Shown here piece after piece: positions 8,517-17,068 of a stretch of DNA of 64,000 nucleotides. The DNA comes from Candidatus Limnocylindrales bacterium (GTDB lineage Bacteria > Chloroflexota > Limnocylindria > Limnocylindrales > CSP1-4). A program made the position numbers and the translations under genes. The stretch is taken from assembly GCA_035248345.1 (NCBI GenBank), contig DATFHO010000030.1, positions 6,116 to 70,115 of the forward strand, given 5' to 3'. Under the pieces are notes generated by a model that was given only the letters and a program-made list of their open reading frames with translations, did not search any database and was not told the origin of the DNA. Position 1 is the first letter of the stretch, and the number at the start of each line of letters is the position of its first letter.

Positions 8517-10052
8517 TCAGCCGAGATTCACCACGATCGTCTTCAACTCGGTCAGCCGTTCGATCGCGAACCTGCCGCCCACGCGCCCGAGGCCGCTCTG
8601 TGAGCCGGCCCGGCCACCGAAGGGCAGGTGGGATTCCCAGTAGTTCGTGCCTTCGTTGATGTTGACCCATCCGGCCCGTGCCGACTCGGCGAACCGAAGG
8701 CCCATCGCGAGGTCCTTCGTGAAGACCGCTGTCAGCAGGCCGTAGGGGCTCTGTTCGATGAGAGCCAGCGCCTCGTCCGGGCCATCGATGGCCGTGATCG
8801 GCACGACCGGCCCGAACGTCTCCTCGCGCGCGATCTCCATGGACTCGGTCACCCGGTCGAGGATCGTCGGCTGGAAGAACAGGTCGCTGCCGTGCTCGGG
8901 GGCGCGGCGGCCACCGGCATGCAGCGTGGCGCCGCGCTCGATCGCCTCGACGACGTGGTGCTCGGTCTTCGCCGTGGTCCGCTCGTTGTTCAGCGGGCCC
9001 ATGGTCGTCTCGCCGGCCATCGGATCGCCGAGGCGGACCTCGTCGTGCACCGCCTGGACCAGCGCGTCCACGTATCGCTCGTGGATGGCGCGATCCACGA
9101 GAACCCGTTCGCCGGCCGTGCATGACTGGCCCGCGTTGAGGAAGCACGCGGTGATCGTGGCCTGGACCGCCTTGTCGATGTCGGCATCTCGCAGGATCAC
9201 GAGCGGCCCGTTGCCGCCAAGCTCCATCAGGAGCTCCTTGCCGGCGCCCCGTTCCGCGATTCGCGTCCCCGTCCGGGTGGAGCCGACGAAGCCGATGGCC
9301 GAGACCCGCGGGTCCCCGGCGATCTCGTCGCCGACCTCTTCGCCGGCGCCGGTGACGAGGTTGAAAACGCCTCGGGGGAGGTCCGCCTCCCCGATCACGC
9401 GCGCCAGCTCGGCAGAGCAGTGGCTCGTGAACCGCGCCGGGTTCCAGACGACCGTGTTGCCGGCGGCGAGCGCCGGCGCGATCAGCTCCGCTGGCATCGT
9501 GTACGGCCAGTTCCAGGGCGTGATCACGCCAACGACGCCCTTGGGCACGCGCTGGATGAGGACGCGCTTGTTCGGGTCGATCGAGGGCGGCATCAGCCCT
9601 TCGATGCGCGTCGCCTCGGCGGCGGCCATCTTGAAGTAGAGGATCAGCTCTTCGACCTCGCCGTACGACTCGGCATGGAGCGGCTTGCCCTGGTCGCGCG
9701 TCAGCGCTTCCGCCAGCGTGTCCTTGCTGCGCTCGATCGCGGCGGCGACGCGTTCCAAGGCCGCTGCCCGTTCGAATGGGCTCGTGCGGCCCCACGCGGG
9801 AGCGGCTCGATGTGCCGCCTCGATGGCGGCGTTCGCGTCGGCGCGCCCGGCGGCGGACACGTCGCCGATGGGCTTGCCGGTCGCGGGGTTCATCGCGGGG
9901 AAGGTGTTGCCGGAGCCGGCGGAACGCCATCGACCATCGACGTAGAGGGTCGCGGCGTGCGCGGCAGCGGCGCCGGGATGCGCGGCGGCGGGATCGGCGG
10001 TCGGTTCGACCGCAGCCTTGGGGTGCACTGAAGCTCCTGGACGGACGCTCAT
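8517..10052 (-). CDS. NAD(P)-dependent aldehyde dehydrogenase (511 aa)
   Basis: ALDH motifs VITPWNWP, ELGGNGP, FLNAGQSCTAGER (catalytic Cys context) and EETFGPV. The start was chosen at MSVRPG (26th codon of the ORF-track entry) and is uncertain by a few codons. Confidence 0.85.
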   Translation of the reverse strand: MSVRPGASVHPKAAVEPTADPAAAHPGAAAAHAATLYVDGRWRSAGSGNTFPAMNPATGKPIGDVSAAGRADANAAIEAAHRAAPAWGRTSPFERAAALERVAAAIERSKDTLAEALTRDQGKPLHAESYGEVEELILYFKMAAAEATRIEGLMPPSIDPNKRVLIQRVPKGVVGVITPWNWPYTMPAELIAPALAAGNTVVWNPARFTSHCSAELARVIGEADLPRGVFNLVTGAGEEVGDEIAGDPRVSAIGFVGSTRTGTRIAERGAGKELLMELGGNGPLVILRDADIDKAVQATITACFLNAGQSCTAGERVLVDRAIHERYVDALVQAVHDEVRLGDPMAGETTMGPLNNERTTAKTEHHVVEAIERGATLHAGGRRAPEHGSDLFFQPTILDRVTESMEIAREETFGPVVPITAIDGPDEALALIEQSPYGLLTAVFTKDLAMGLRFAESARAGWVNINEGTNYWESHLPFGGRAGSQSGLGRVGGRFAIERLTELKTIVVNLG

Positions 10053-10133
10053 GGGCTTGCTGCACCCCAGGCGGCCCGAATCCTCGGGCGCGCCGACAGT
10101 TTGCCGCGCCGACCCGATTCGGCGCAACTTCCG

Positions 10134-10910
10134 CTACGAACCTTGCGTTCGGAGCCGGCTCGCGATCAATCGGTACGTCGCCGTGGACCAGAGCAAGCCG
10201 TCGCGCTCGGGCGGCCGCCCTTTCGGATCTGCGAGCGCTCGAAGCCATGCGATCGACGAGCCCTTGAAGCGCGCTGCGAAGAGCGGACGCAGCTCCGCGA
10301 CCAGTGCTTCGTTCCGCTTTGTCCCGCGGAGGACGAACAGACAGCGGACCGTCCAGCCGCCGTCGTGCTCACGCCGGAGCCGCTCCGCGAACGCGTCCCG
10401 CTTCGAATCGAGCGACCGGAGGCTTGCCCCGACATCGTCGAACCAGTCCCAGATCTCGGCGAGGATCGCCTCGTGTCGATCCCACCTCACCAGTGCGACA
10501 TCGACCGATCTCGACCTTGGCGAGCCCGGGTCCAGCGCAAGCTCCGGCAGCGCCTCCCAACCGCCGGGTTCCGCGAACGCGATGAGCACGGCCTGCCGGC
10601 GCAGGTGTTCGATATCGCGCGGCGGGTTCGCACCGGGCGCCCGCTCAAGGAAGCCAACGAGCTGCTCCCCGACGCCGGCCGCAGCCAGCGCCCACGTCTC
10701 CAGCGAGGCGTTCGCGCCCAGCTCGCGCTCGAGCTCGCTGTACCTCGGTTGCGAGAGTCCAGCCCGAGCAGCAGCCTCCTGCTGGCTCATGCCCGCCGCC
10801 AGTCGCGCGTCGCGGAGCGCCGTCCCGAGTCTCGTGGCAACCACGTCCGCTCGACGACGACCGCGAACGACATCCACGCCCGCGCGTGCGGCTCGCTTGG
10901 GTCTCGACAT
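10134..10910 (-). CDS. XRE-family HTH regulator with an uncharacterised ~180-aa C-terminal domain
   Basis: HTH segment LRDARLAAGMSQQEAAARAGLSQPRYSELERE. I do not recognise the C-terminal domain (core VDVALVRWDRHEAILAEIWDW). Confidence 0.7.
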   Translation of the reverse strand: MSRPKRAARAGVDVVRGRRRADVVATRLGTALRDARLAAGMSQQEAAARAGLSQPRYSELERELGANASLETWALAAAGVGEQLVGFLERAPGANPPRDIEHLRRQAVLIAFAEPGGWEALPELALDPGSPRSRSVDVALVRWDRHEAILAEIWDWFDDVGASLRSLDSKRDAFAERLRREHDGGWTVRCLFVLRGTKRNEALVAELRPLFAARFKGSSIAWLRALADPKGRPPERDGLLWSTATYRLIASRLRTQGS

Positions 10911-11069
10911 ATCGCCACCATCATTAGCGGACGGCTTATCTGCGACTCACCTGTCGCTTCAGGGCGCTTGAGCCCCACTTCATCGACAGCGTCAGTACCC
11001 GGGACCCTCAAGCCGGTCCATGGGGGCCAACGCCCCGGCAAAGCGGTCCGGTCACTGATGGTGGCGATA
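10910..11069. repeat. Perfect 14-nt long-range inverted repeat (TATCGCCACCATCA 10910-10923 / TGATGGTGGCGATA 11056-11069)
   Basis: Read directly from the sequence. The left arm abuts and overlaps the XRE start codon (cat 10908-10910) and covers its GGTGG Shine-Dalgarno-like element. The arms are 132 nt apart. Confidence 0.8.
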
Positions 11070-11105
11070 ACCGGGGCAAGATCCCTCTGGGGACCCAGGA
11101 ATCAC

Positions 11106-11134
11106 GAAGCGGGACCCGGATCGGGCCCCGCTTC
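11106..11134 (-). terminator. Hairpin downstream of the permease gene (GAAGCGGG-N13-CCCGCTTC)
   Basis: An 8-bp GC-rich stem 28 nt after the permease stop. There is no clear U-tract, so it is only terminator-like. Confidence 0.35.
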
Positions 11135-11161
11135 GAACTTGCGCGAGGAGGAGAGGCGGGG

Positions 11162-12955
11162 CTACTCCGCCGGGATCTCCGCGTGGATCGCGTCGAGGTC
11201 GACCCCCTGCGACTTCCGCCAGAAGCGGGCAATCACGTAGAGGACGGCCGCGCCGCCGTAGCAGATGCCGAGGAAGACGATGGAATTCGTGTTCCCGACG
11301 CCGATCCCGTACAGCGCGCTCGAGAGCCACATGTACAGGACCCAGGCGAAGAAGGCGGTCGAGATCGCGCCAGCGATGGACATCACCGGCACGCCCGCGA
11401 CCTTGTACTTCGCGACCGGGGACGCGTTGTACAGGTCCTTCTTGTAGTACGGCAGGATCGTCGCTGCGATCGACGTTCCGAAGAACGTGACCGCGATGAC
11501 CAGCGTCGCGTCGAGCGTCAGACCTCGGAAGTCCGCGCTGTACGCATAGAACACGGACAGCACGACCGACGGGATCATGATCAGCGCGAGGGCGCCCCAC
11601 GGCACGCCGCGGTCGGAAACGCGCGCAGCCCACTCGGGGAGCACGCGGTCGAACGCCGCCGCGAAGATCATCCGTGTCGAGGACAGGAACAGCGTCCCGG
11701 TCCAACCGAGCCACCAGGCGCCGAACGCGAACACGATGATCGCCTGGAGAATGTTGCTGTTGAGGACGAACGCCGCGAGCATCGGGGGATAGCCCCAGAT
11801 GGGCATCGGCGGTGCCTGCGTCGAGTACGCGTAGGCGTAGTTGACGTAGGTCACGTTCGAAGCGTTGAAGAAGGTCCAGCCGAACGTCTTCGAGGCCAGG
11901 ACGATGAACACGATCGCGAGCGCGACCGTCACCCACAGCCCGCCGAGCATGCCGTTCAGGACCTTGCGGAAGTCACCCGCGCCACGGACCTCGCCGTACA
12001 GCGTGGCGCCCCAGTTCGGGTACAGCAGGAAGAAGAGCATGAACGGGATGAGCGCGAAGGTCGCGTCGCCGAGGCCGATCGGATTCAGGTCCGAGCCGGT
12101 GTACGCGGATGCCGGATCGGCCGCAGCCTGGGCGATCGTGGCGTCGTACGCGCCCGAGACGCCGAACATCGACATCGCGGCGTTGTCGTAGGCCGCCTTG
12201 AACGTGTCGACGCTCGTGAAGGCCATGAGGATGAGCACGAGGGCGAGCGCCGCGACGCCGATGTACAGGCTCCAGCGCTGGATGCGCGCGTAGCCCGCCA
12301 TGCCGAGGGCCACCAGGCCCGAGGTCACAACGATCGTGAAGAGCGAAACGGTCAGACCGCCGGTCTCACTCGAGAAGAACGTGACGCCATCCTTCCAGCC
12401 GAGCAGTGCTGCCAGTGGCTGGACGAACTCGATGTTGAAGATGAAGGCGTAGATCGGTGCCCAGAGGGCGAGGATGAACCACCAGCCGGTGGCCGACAGG
12501 ACGAACCCGATGCCGCCCTTCTTCATCCCGAGCCAGGCGCCCGCGAGCGCCGCAACGGCGCCACCGACGTAGGTCGTGATGTCGCCGAGCGCGAGCGCCG
12601 TGCCCACGAGGAACACCGCGATGAACCCGAAGGCCCCGCCGACGACCGCGCCGGGGATGCCGTCGAGCACGCGTGTCTGCCAGACGTAGTCACCGCCGGC
12701 TCTCGGCATCACGGCGATCAGGCCCGCATAGGCCACGCACATCGCGGTCATCGCGATGCCGGTGAGGAGGATCGACGTGATCGCCGAGCCCTCCGGCACG
12801 TACGCAAAGATCGCGAGGCTGTAGAACATGCCGAGGCAGACGAGGTTCACCGACATGAACGAGTAGGCGAACGCGTCGAATCCAGACCAGCCCTTCACCA
12901 GGCCGGTCGCGTTCCGCAGGAACAAGCTCGGTGCCGCTTTGGCTTCCGCTGCCAT
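11162..12955 (-). CDS. APC-superfamily amino acid/polyamine permease (597 aa)
   Basis: 12+ TM profile. The N-terminal motif ...LVKGWSGFDAFAYSFMSVNLV...AGLIAVMPRAGGDYVW is typical of APC permeases. The ATG at 12953-12955 is preceded by GGAGGGAAGC. Confidence 0.8.
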   Translation of the reverse strand: MAAEAKAAPSLFLRNATGLVKGWSGFDAFAYSFMSVNLVCLGMFYSLAIFAYVPEGSAITSILLTGIAMTAMCVAYAGLIAVMPRAGGDYVWQTRVLDGIPGAVVGGAFGFIAVFLVGTALALGDITTYVGGAVAALAGAWLGMKKGGIGFVLSATGWWFILALWAPIYAFIFNIEFVQPLAALLGWKDGVTFFSSETGGLTVSLFTIVVTSGLVALGMAGYARIQRWSLYIGVAALALVLILMAFTSVDTFKAAYDNAAMSMFGVSGAYDATIAQAAADPASAYTGSDLNPIGLGDATFALIPFMLFFLLYPNWGATLYGEVRGAGDFRKVLNGMLGGLWVTVALAIVFIVLASKTFGWTFFNASNVTYVNYAYAYSTQAPPMPIWGYPPMLAAFVLNSNILQAIIVFAFGAWWLGWTGTLFLSSTRMIFAAAFDRVLPEWAARVSDRGVPWGALALIMIPSVVLSVFYAYSADFRGLTLDATLVIAVTFFGTSIAATILPYYKKDLYNASPVAKYKVAGVPVMSIAGAISTAFFAWVLYMWLSSALYGIGVGNTNSIVFLGICYGGAAVLYVIARFWRKSQGVDLDAIHAEIPAE

Positions 12956-13012
12956 GCTTCCCTCCACTCATCGCCCGCGCGGGGGTGCCGCGGGCTCAGC
13001 CGTCACACGGAT

Positions 13013-13951
13013 CTAGCCGTTGATCAGCAGATAGCGCTTCACCTCCGCTTTCTTGACGTCGAGATCGACGATCGCGGCCTGGAGGACTCCGTCTTCATAG
13101 ATGGAGCCGGGATTGACCGAGAGGGTCTTGCCGAGCTTCACCGCGCCGCGTCCCTCGTGGATGTGGCCGTGCAGCGACAGGACGGGGCCGTACTCGAGGA
13201 TCGCGTCGCGGATCGCGTGCGACCCCACAGGGATGAGGGCCTGCCCGCCGGACACATAGCGCATGTCGGCATCGATTTTCGGTGCGTTGTCCAGATTCGA
13301 GCCGTACGGCGGCGCATGGAAGTTGAAGATCGATCGACCGCGGTCGGGAACGGCCGCGACGAGCGCATCGATCCGCTCGCGGAGCTCCGGCTCCGGCAGC
13401 TCGCGGAACGTGTTCCAGGGCGTCGGGTTCGCCCAACCGGTCGAGACGAGTGAAAGCCCGTCGAGCTCGATGTTGTTCGATTCCCCGAGCTCCACCAGCT
13501 CGGCGGCCGAGATGATCGGGTCGATCTCGAAGATGTCGTCGTTGGCGGGCGAGACGATGCAGCGGATGCCTTTGCCGGCAAGCCGCTCGTCGGCGAGGTC
13601 CATCCAGCGCTGGACCTGCGCGAGCATCTCCCGCTTGAACCGGGCATCGACGAGCGCCTGGTCTGCCTGCCACGCGGTCATCTCGTCCGGCGAGAGGCGG
13701 ATCGGGTAGTAGCCGCGGTCCGCGATGCGCTTCTCCATCGCCGTGACCTCCGCCTCGGTCTCCATGCGCGTCTCCTGGTCGCGCAGGTTCACGCGCCATG
13801 ACGAGCCCGAGCCCGTGATCGGGACCATGGCCTTGCCGGTCATGTCGCCGCCCATGATCAGGACGTCCGCCTTGTGGAACGAGCCGGCGTTCAGGAACTT
13901 GCGCCAGCACACCTCGGACCCATGGATGTCGGTCGAGAAGAACACGCGCAT
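13013..13951 (-). CDS. Calcineurin-like metallophosphoesterase (312 aa)
   Basis: All five phosphoesterase motifs are present: STDIHG, GGDMTG, PANDD, FHAPP and LHGHIHEG. A helical insertion of about 95 aa lies between motifs II and III. The ATG shares 1 nt with the upstream stop (TGATG, 13949-13953). Confidence 0.8.
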   Translation of the reverse strand: MRVFFSTDIHGSEVCWRKFLNAGSFHKADVLIMGGDMTGKAMVPITGSGSSWRVNLRDQETRMETEAEVTAMEKRIADRGYYPIRLSPDEMTAWQADQALVDARFKREMLAQVQRWMDLADERLAGKGIRCIVSPANDDIFEIDPIISAAELVELGESNNIELDGLSLVSTGWANPTPWNTFRELPEPELRERIDALVAAVPDRGRSIFNFHAPPYGSNLDNAPKIDADMRYVSGGQALIPVGSHAIRDAILEYGPVLSLHGHIHEGRGAVKLGKTLSVNPGSIYEDGVLQAAIVDLDVKKAEVKRYLLING

Positions 13952-14757
13952 CAGTTGTGTCCGACCTCCTCGGGCTCCACGTACCACTGCTGGCGATCGC
14001 CGATCTTCGAGCGGAGCTTCCAGCGCGTCGACTTCGGGGCGTTCTCGATTGCGTCGCGCAGGGCGGCGAGCTGTGCGCGCACGTCGAACCGCACAGGCCG
14101 CGCGCCCACGTCCATGTCGGCATCGGTGAAGTCGGTGTCGAGGAACTCCTGGAGCACCGTCAGGTTGCCCGTCACGGTTCGCCACCAGCCCCAATCGTTC
14201 GAGGTATGGGCAAGGATGCGCGGCAGGCTGATCGCGCCCTGGCCGGCATGCGAGTCCGGGGCGCCGTCATCCTGGGCCAGCGGGTGCTCGGCGAGGAGCA
14301 CGAGCGCGTCGAGCACGTCCTTGCGGTTGATCTTGACGATCTGCAGCTTCGAGAGCAGGAGGTCGGCGACCGGCAGCGTGGGCCGCGAGGCGCCCAGGCG
14401 ATCGGCGAACTCGATGCGATGGCACATCTCGAGCTTGTCGACGAGCACATCGACCGGCCGGCGGTGGGCCTCGTCGACGAAATAGCCCTGGTGCTGGCCG
14501 AAGAGCGCGTTGTGGCGCTTGTCCGGCGTGTAGCCCTCGCGCTCGAGGAGCGCGAAGACGGCCTTGCGGTCCTTCGCGCGCGTGGCGAAATCCAGGTCGA
14601 CCTCGACGCGGCGGGTTCGATGGGTCCAATCCGGCGCGTGGGCCCGGACCGCCATGCCGCCCATCAGGCGCAGGAGCAGTCCCTCGCGATCGGCAACCTC
14701 GACGATCCGAAGCGCTTCGGCGAGGGGATCATCGAGCGTGCGGCTGCCCGGCTCCAT
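13951..14757 (-). CDS. Pol-beta-superfamily nucleotidyltransferase, AbiEii/MenT(DUF1814)-like (tentative, 268 aa)
   Basis: LMGGMAV...RRVEVDLDF (hGG..DhD), VDVLVD, SKLQIV and NRKDVLDAL resemble from memory the four DUF1814 motifs. The start is taken at MEPGS because the upstream in-frame extension runs into the divergent ABC gene. Confidence 0.5.
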   Translation of the reverse strand: MEPGSRTLDDPLAEALRIVEVADREGLLLRLMGGMAVRAHAPDWTHRTRRVEVDLDFATRAKDRKAVFALLEREGYTPDKRHNALFGQHQGYFVDEAHRRPVDVLVDKLEMCHRIEFADRLGASRPTLPVADLLLSKLQIVKINRKDVLDALVLLAEHPLAQDDGAPDSHAGQGAISLPRILAHTSNDWGWWRTVTGNLTVLQEFLDTDFTDADMDVGARPVRFDVRAQLAALRDAIENAPKSTRWKLRSKIGDRQQWYVEPEEVGHN

Positions 14758-14980
14758 GGCGGGCGGAGTATAGGCATGCGCAGCGTGCGAAAAACGCTTG
14801 CATCCCGTTAACGACGCGGCGAAGATGGCGCCCGACGATGCACTCCGGGAGCGGAGGCACGGATCGCGGGCGGCGCATGCCTCCCACCGCCGAATCCCCA
14901 ATTCAGCGGTTGGCCGTGCCCCATCGTCAGAGGAGTGGGCGCGCGCACGTTGCGGCGCGCCGGAAACTGTGGAGGAGCAC

Positions 14981-16126
14981 TTGGCCACCACGCGCAGCAC
15001 CCTGCCCCGACTCGCAGTCCTCGGAACCGCGCTCGCGCTGTTCGCCGCGGCCTGCGGACCGGCGGGCACGGCGTCCAACGCCCCGGGCAACTCGACCGGC
15101 ACCGGCGGCGGCGGGAACATGGATGCGCTCATTGCCGCCGCGAAGGCGGAGGGCGCCCTCAACGTCATCGCCCTGCCCCATGACTGGTGCAACTACGGCG
15201 CGATGATCGACGGCTTCAAGGCGAAGTACGCCGGCATCACCGTCAACGAGAACCTGCCCGACGGCGGCTCCGGTGACGAGATCGAGGCGATCAAGACGCA
15301 GCAGGGCCAGACCGGCCCGGCGGTCCCGGATGTCATCGACGTCGGCATTGCCTTCGGCGACAGCATCAAGGCCGACAAGCTCGTCCAGCCGTACAAGGTG
15401 TCCACGTGGGACACGATCGACAGCAAGTTCAAGGACCCCGACGGCTACTGGTACGGCGACTACGGCAGCATCCTGACCTTCGAGATCAACAAGACTGCCG
15501 TCCCAACCAGCCCGGCCGACTGGGCCGACCTCCTGAAGCCGGACTACGCGAACAAGGTCGCCCTCGCCGGTGACCCGCGCGTGTCCAGCCAGGCCTACAA
15601 CGCGGTGTGGGCGGCTGCCCTCGCCAACGGCGGCTCGCTCGACAACGCGCAGCCGGGCCTGGACTTCTTCAAGCAGCTCAAGGACAAGGGCAACCTCGTC
15701 CCGACGATCGCCAAGCCGGGCACCATCGATCAGGGCGCGACGCCGATCACGATCCGCTGGGCATACAACGCGCTTGCCCACAAGGACACCGCGGCCGGCA
15801 ACCCCGAGATCGACGTCGTGGTCCCCAAGACGGGCCGCTTCCTCGGCTACTACATCCAGGCCATCTCCGCGTACGCCCCGCATCCGAACGCCGCCAAGCT
15901 CTGGATGGAGTACCTGTACTCCGACGAGGGCCAGACGAACTGGATCAAGGGCTACTGCAACACGACCCGGATCGCGGACCTGAAGGCGCGCAACGTCGCG
16001 ACCGACTCGATCGCCAAGCTTCCGGACACCACCGGCGCGGTCTACCCGACCGGTGACCAGGCGACGAAGGCCAAGACCCTGATCACCGGTCAGTGGGACG
16101 CGGTCGTCGGCGCGGACATCAAGTAG
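14981..16126 (+). CDS. ABC transporter substrate-binding lipoprotein (family-1 / PotD-AfuA-like)
   Basis: TTG 14981 follows GGAGGAG. The lipoprotein signal is LPRLAVLGTALALFAAAC. The periplasmic-binding fold sequence runs through the following permease and ATPase genes. An alternative GTG start lies at 14969. Confidence 0.8.
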   Translation: MATTRSTLPRLAVLGTALALFAAACGPAGTASNAPGNSTGTGGGGNMDALIAAAKAEGALNVIALPHDWCNYGAMIDGFKAKYAGITVNENLPDGGSGDEIEAIKTQQGQTGPAVPDVIDVGIAFGDSIKADKLVQPYKVSTWDTIDSKFKDPDGYWYGDYGSILTFEINKTAVPTSPADWADLLKPDYANKVALAGDPRVSSQAYNAVWAAALANGGSLDNAQPGLDFFKQLKDKGNLVPTIAKPGTIDQGATPITIRWAYNALAHKDTAAGNPEIDVVVPKTGRFLGYYIQAISAYAPHPNAAKLWMEYLYSDEGQTNWIKGYCNTTRIADLKARNVATDSIAKLPDTTGAVYPTGDQATKAKTLITGQWDAVVGADIK

Positions 16127-16150
16127 CAGCACCGGCAAGTCAGGCGATCC

Positions 16151-17068
16151 GTGTCTGACACGGTCGCAACGATCACCGAGCGGGGCGCGCCACCGGCGCG
16201 CCCCGCTCGCGCTCGCTCACTCGGTGCGTGGCTCGGCGTCCTGCCGTTCTTCCTGTTCGTCCTCGCGTTCCTGGCCCTGCCAATCATCTTCCTGGTGATC
16301 GGCAGCCTCACGAACGCCCAGGGCCAGCTCACGCTCGACAACTACGTGCATCTCTCGACGCCAACCGTGGCGCGCGCGTACGCCAACAGCATCGAGATCA
16401 GCGCGGTCACCGCGATCGTGGGTGGGATCCTCGGGCTGCTGCTCGCCTACGCGGTCATCCTCGGCGGCCTGCCACGGCAGCTCCGGTCGGCGGTCATGAC
16501 GTTCTCCGGGGTCGCGTCCAACTTCGCGGGCGTCCCGCTGGCCATCGCGTTCATCTTCACGATCGGCCAGCTCGGCATCCTCACGTCATTCCTCGAGAAC
16601 GTCTTCGGCTGGAACATCTGGGACACGAAGGGCACGAACTTCAACCTGTACTCGCGGATCGGGCTGGAGATCGTGTACCTGTACTTCCAGTTCCCGCTCA
16701 TGGTGCTGATCATCGCGCCGGCCATCGACGGCCTGAAGAAGGAGTGGCGCGAGGCGGCGGAGAACATGGGCGCGTCATCGGTCGAGTACTGGCGGCGGGT
16801 CGCGCTGCCGGTGCTGCTGCCGTCGATCCTCGGCTGCATCATCCTGCTGTTCGGCAATGCGTTCGGCGCCCAGGCGACCGCCTACCAGCTGACCAGCGGC
16901 CAGATCCCCCTGGTCACGCTCCTCATCGGCATCCAGATGAGCGGTGACGTGCTCCACGATCCGAACCTGGCGTATGCCCTCGCGATGGGCATGGTCATCA
17001 TCATGACCATCACAATCGCGATCTACACCGTGCTGCAGCGGCGCACGGAGAAGTGGCTCAGGTCGTGA
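16151..17068 (+). CDS. ABC transporter permease (MetI-like)
   Basis: 6-TM profile with an EAA-like loop (IDGLKKEWREAAENMGAS). Confidence 0.85.
   Translation: MSDTVATITERGAPPARPARARSLGAWLGVLPFFLFVLAFLALPIIFLVIGSLTNAQGQLTLDNYVHLSTPTVARAYANSIEISAVTAIVGGILGLLLAYAVILGGLPRQLRSAVMTFSGVASNFAGVPLAIAFIFTIGQLGILTSFLENVFGWNIWDTKGTNFNLYSRIGLEIVYLYFQFPLMVLIIAPAIDGLKKEWREAAENMGASSVEYWRRVALPVLLPSILGCIILLFGNAFGAQATAYQLTSGQIPLVTLLIGIQMSGDVLHDPNLAYALAMGMVIIMTITIAIYTVLQRRTEKWLRS

Noticed and set aside
5941-10248. A 1435-aa ORF suggesting a giant fusion protein upstream of the dimethylglycine-dehydrogenase-like gene
   Set aside because: The first ~600 residues are Arg/Ala/Gly/Pro-rich low-complexity sequence that overlaps the well-supported ALDH gene in another frame. 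A good ATG with a GGAGGAG RBS at 8451 gives the expected 836-aa protein.
13951-15192. A 413-aa version of the nucleotidyltransferase ORF, or a hidden antitoxin ORF upstream of it
   Set aside because: The extension is low-complexity and runs antisense into the ABC substrate-binding gene. I found no small ORF with an HTH-like sequence in 14758-14980.
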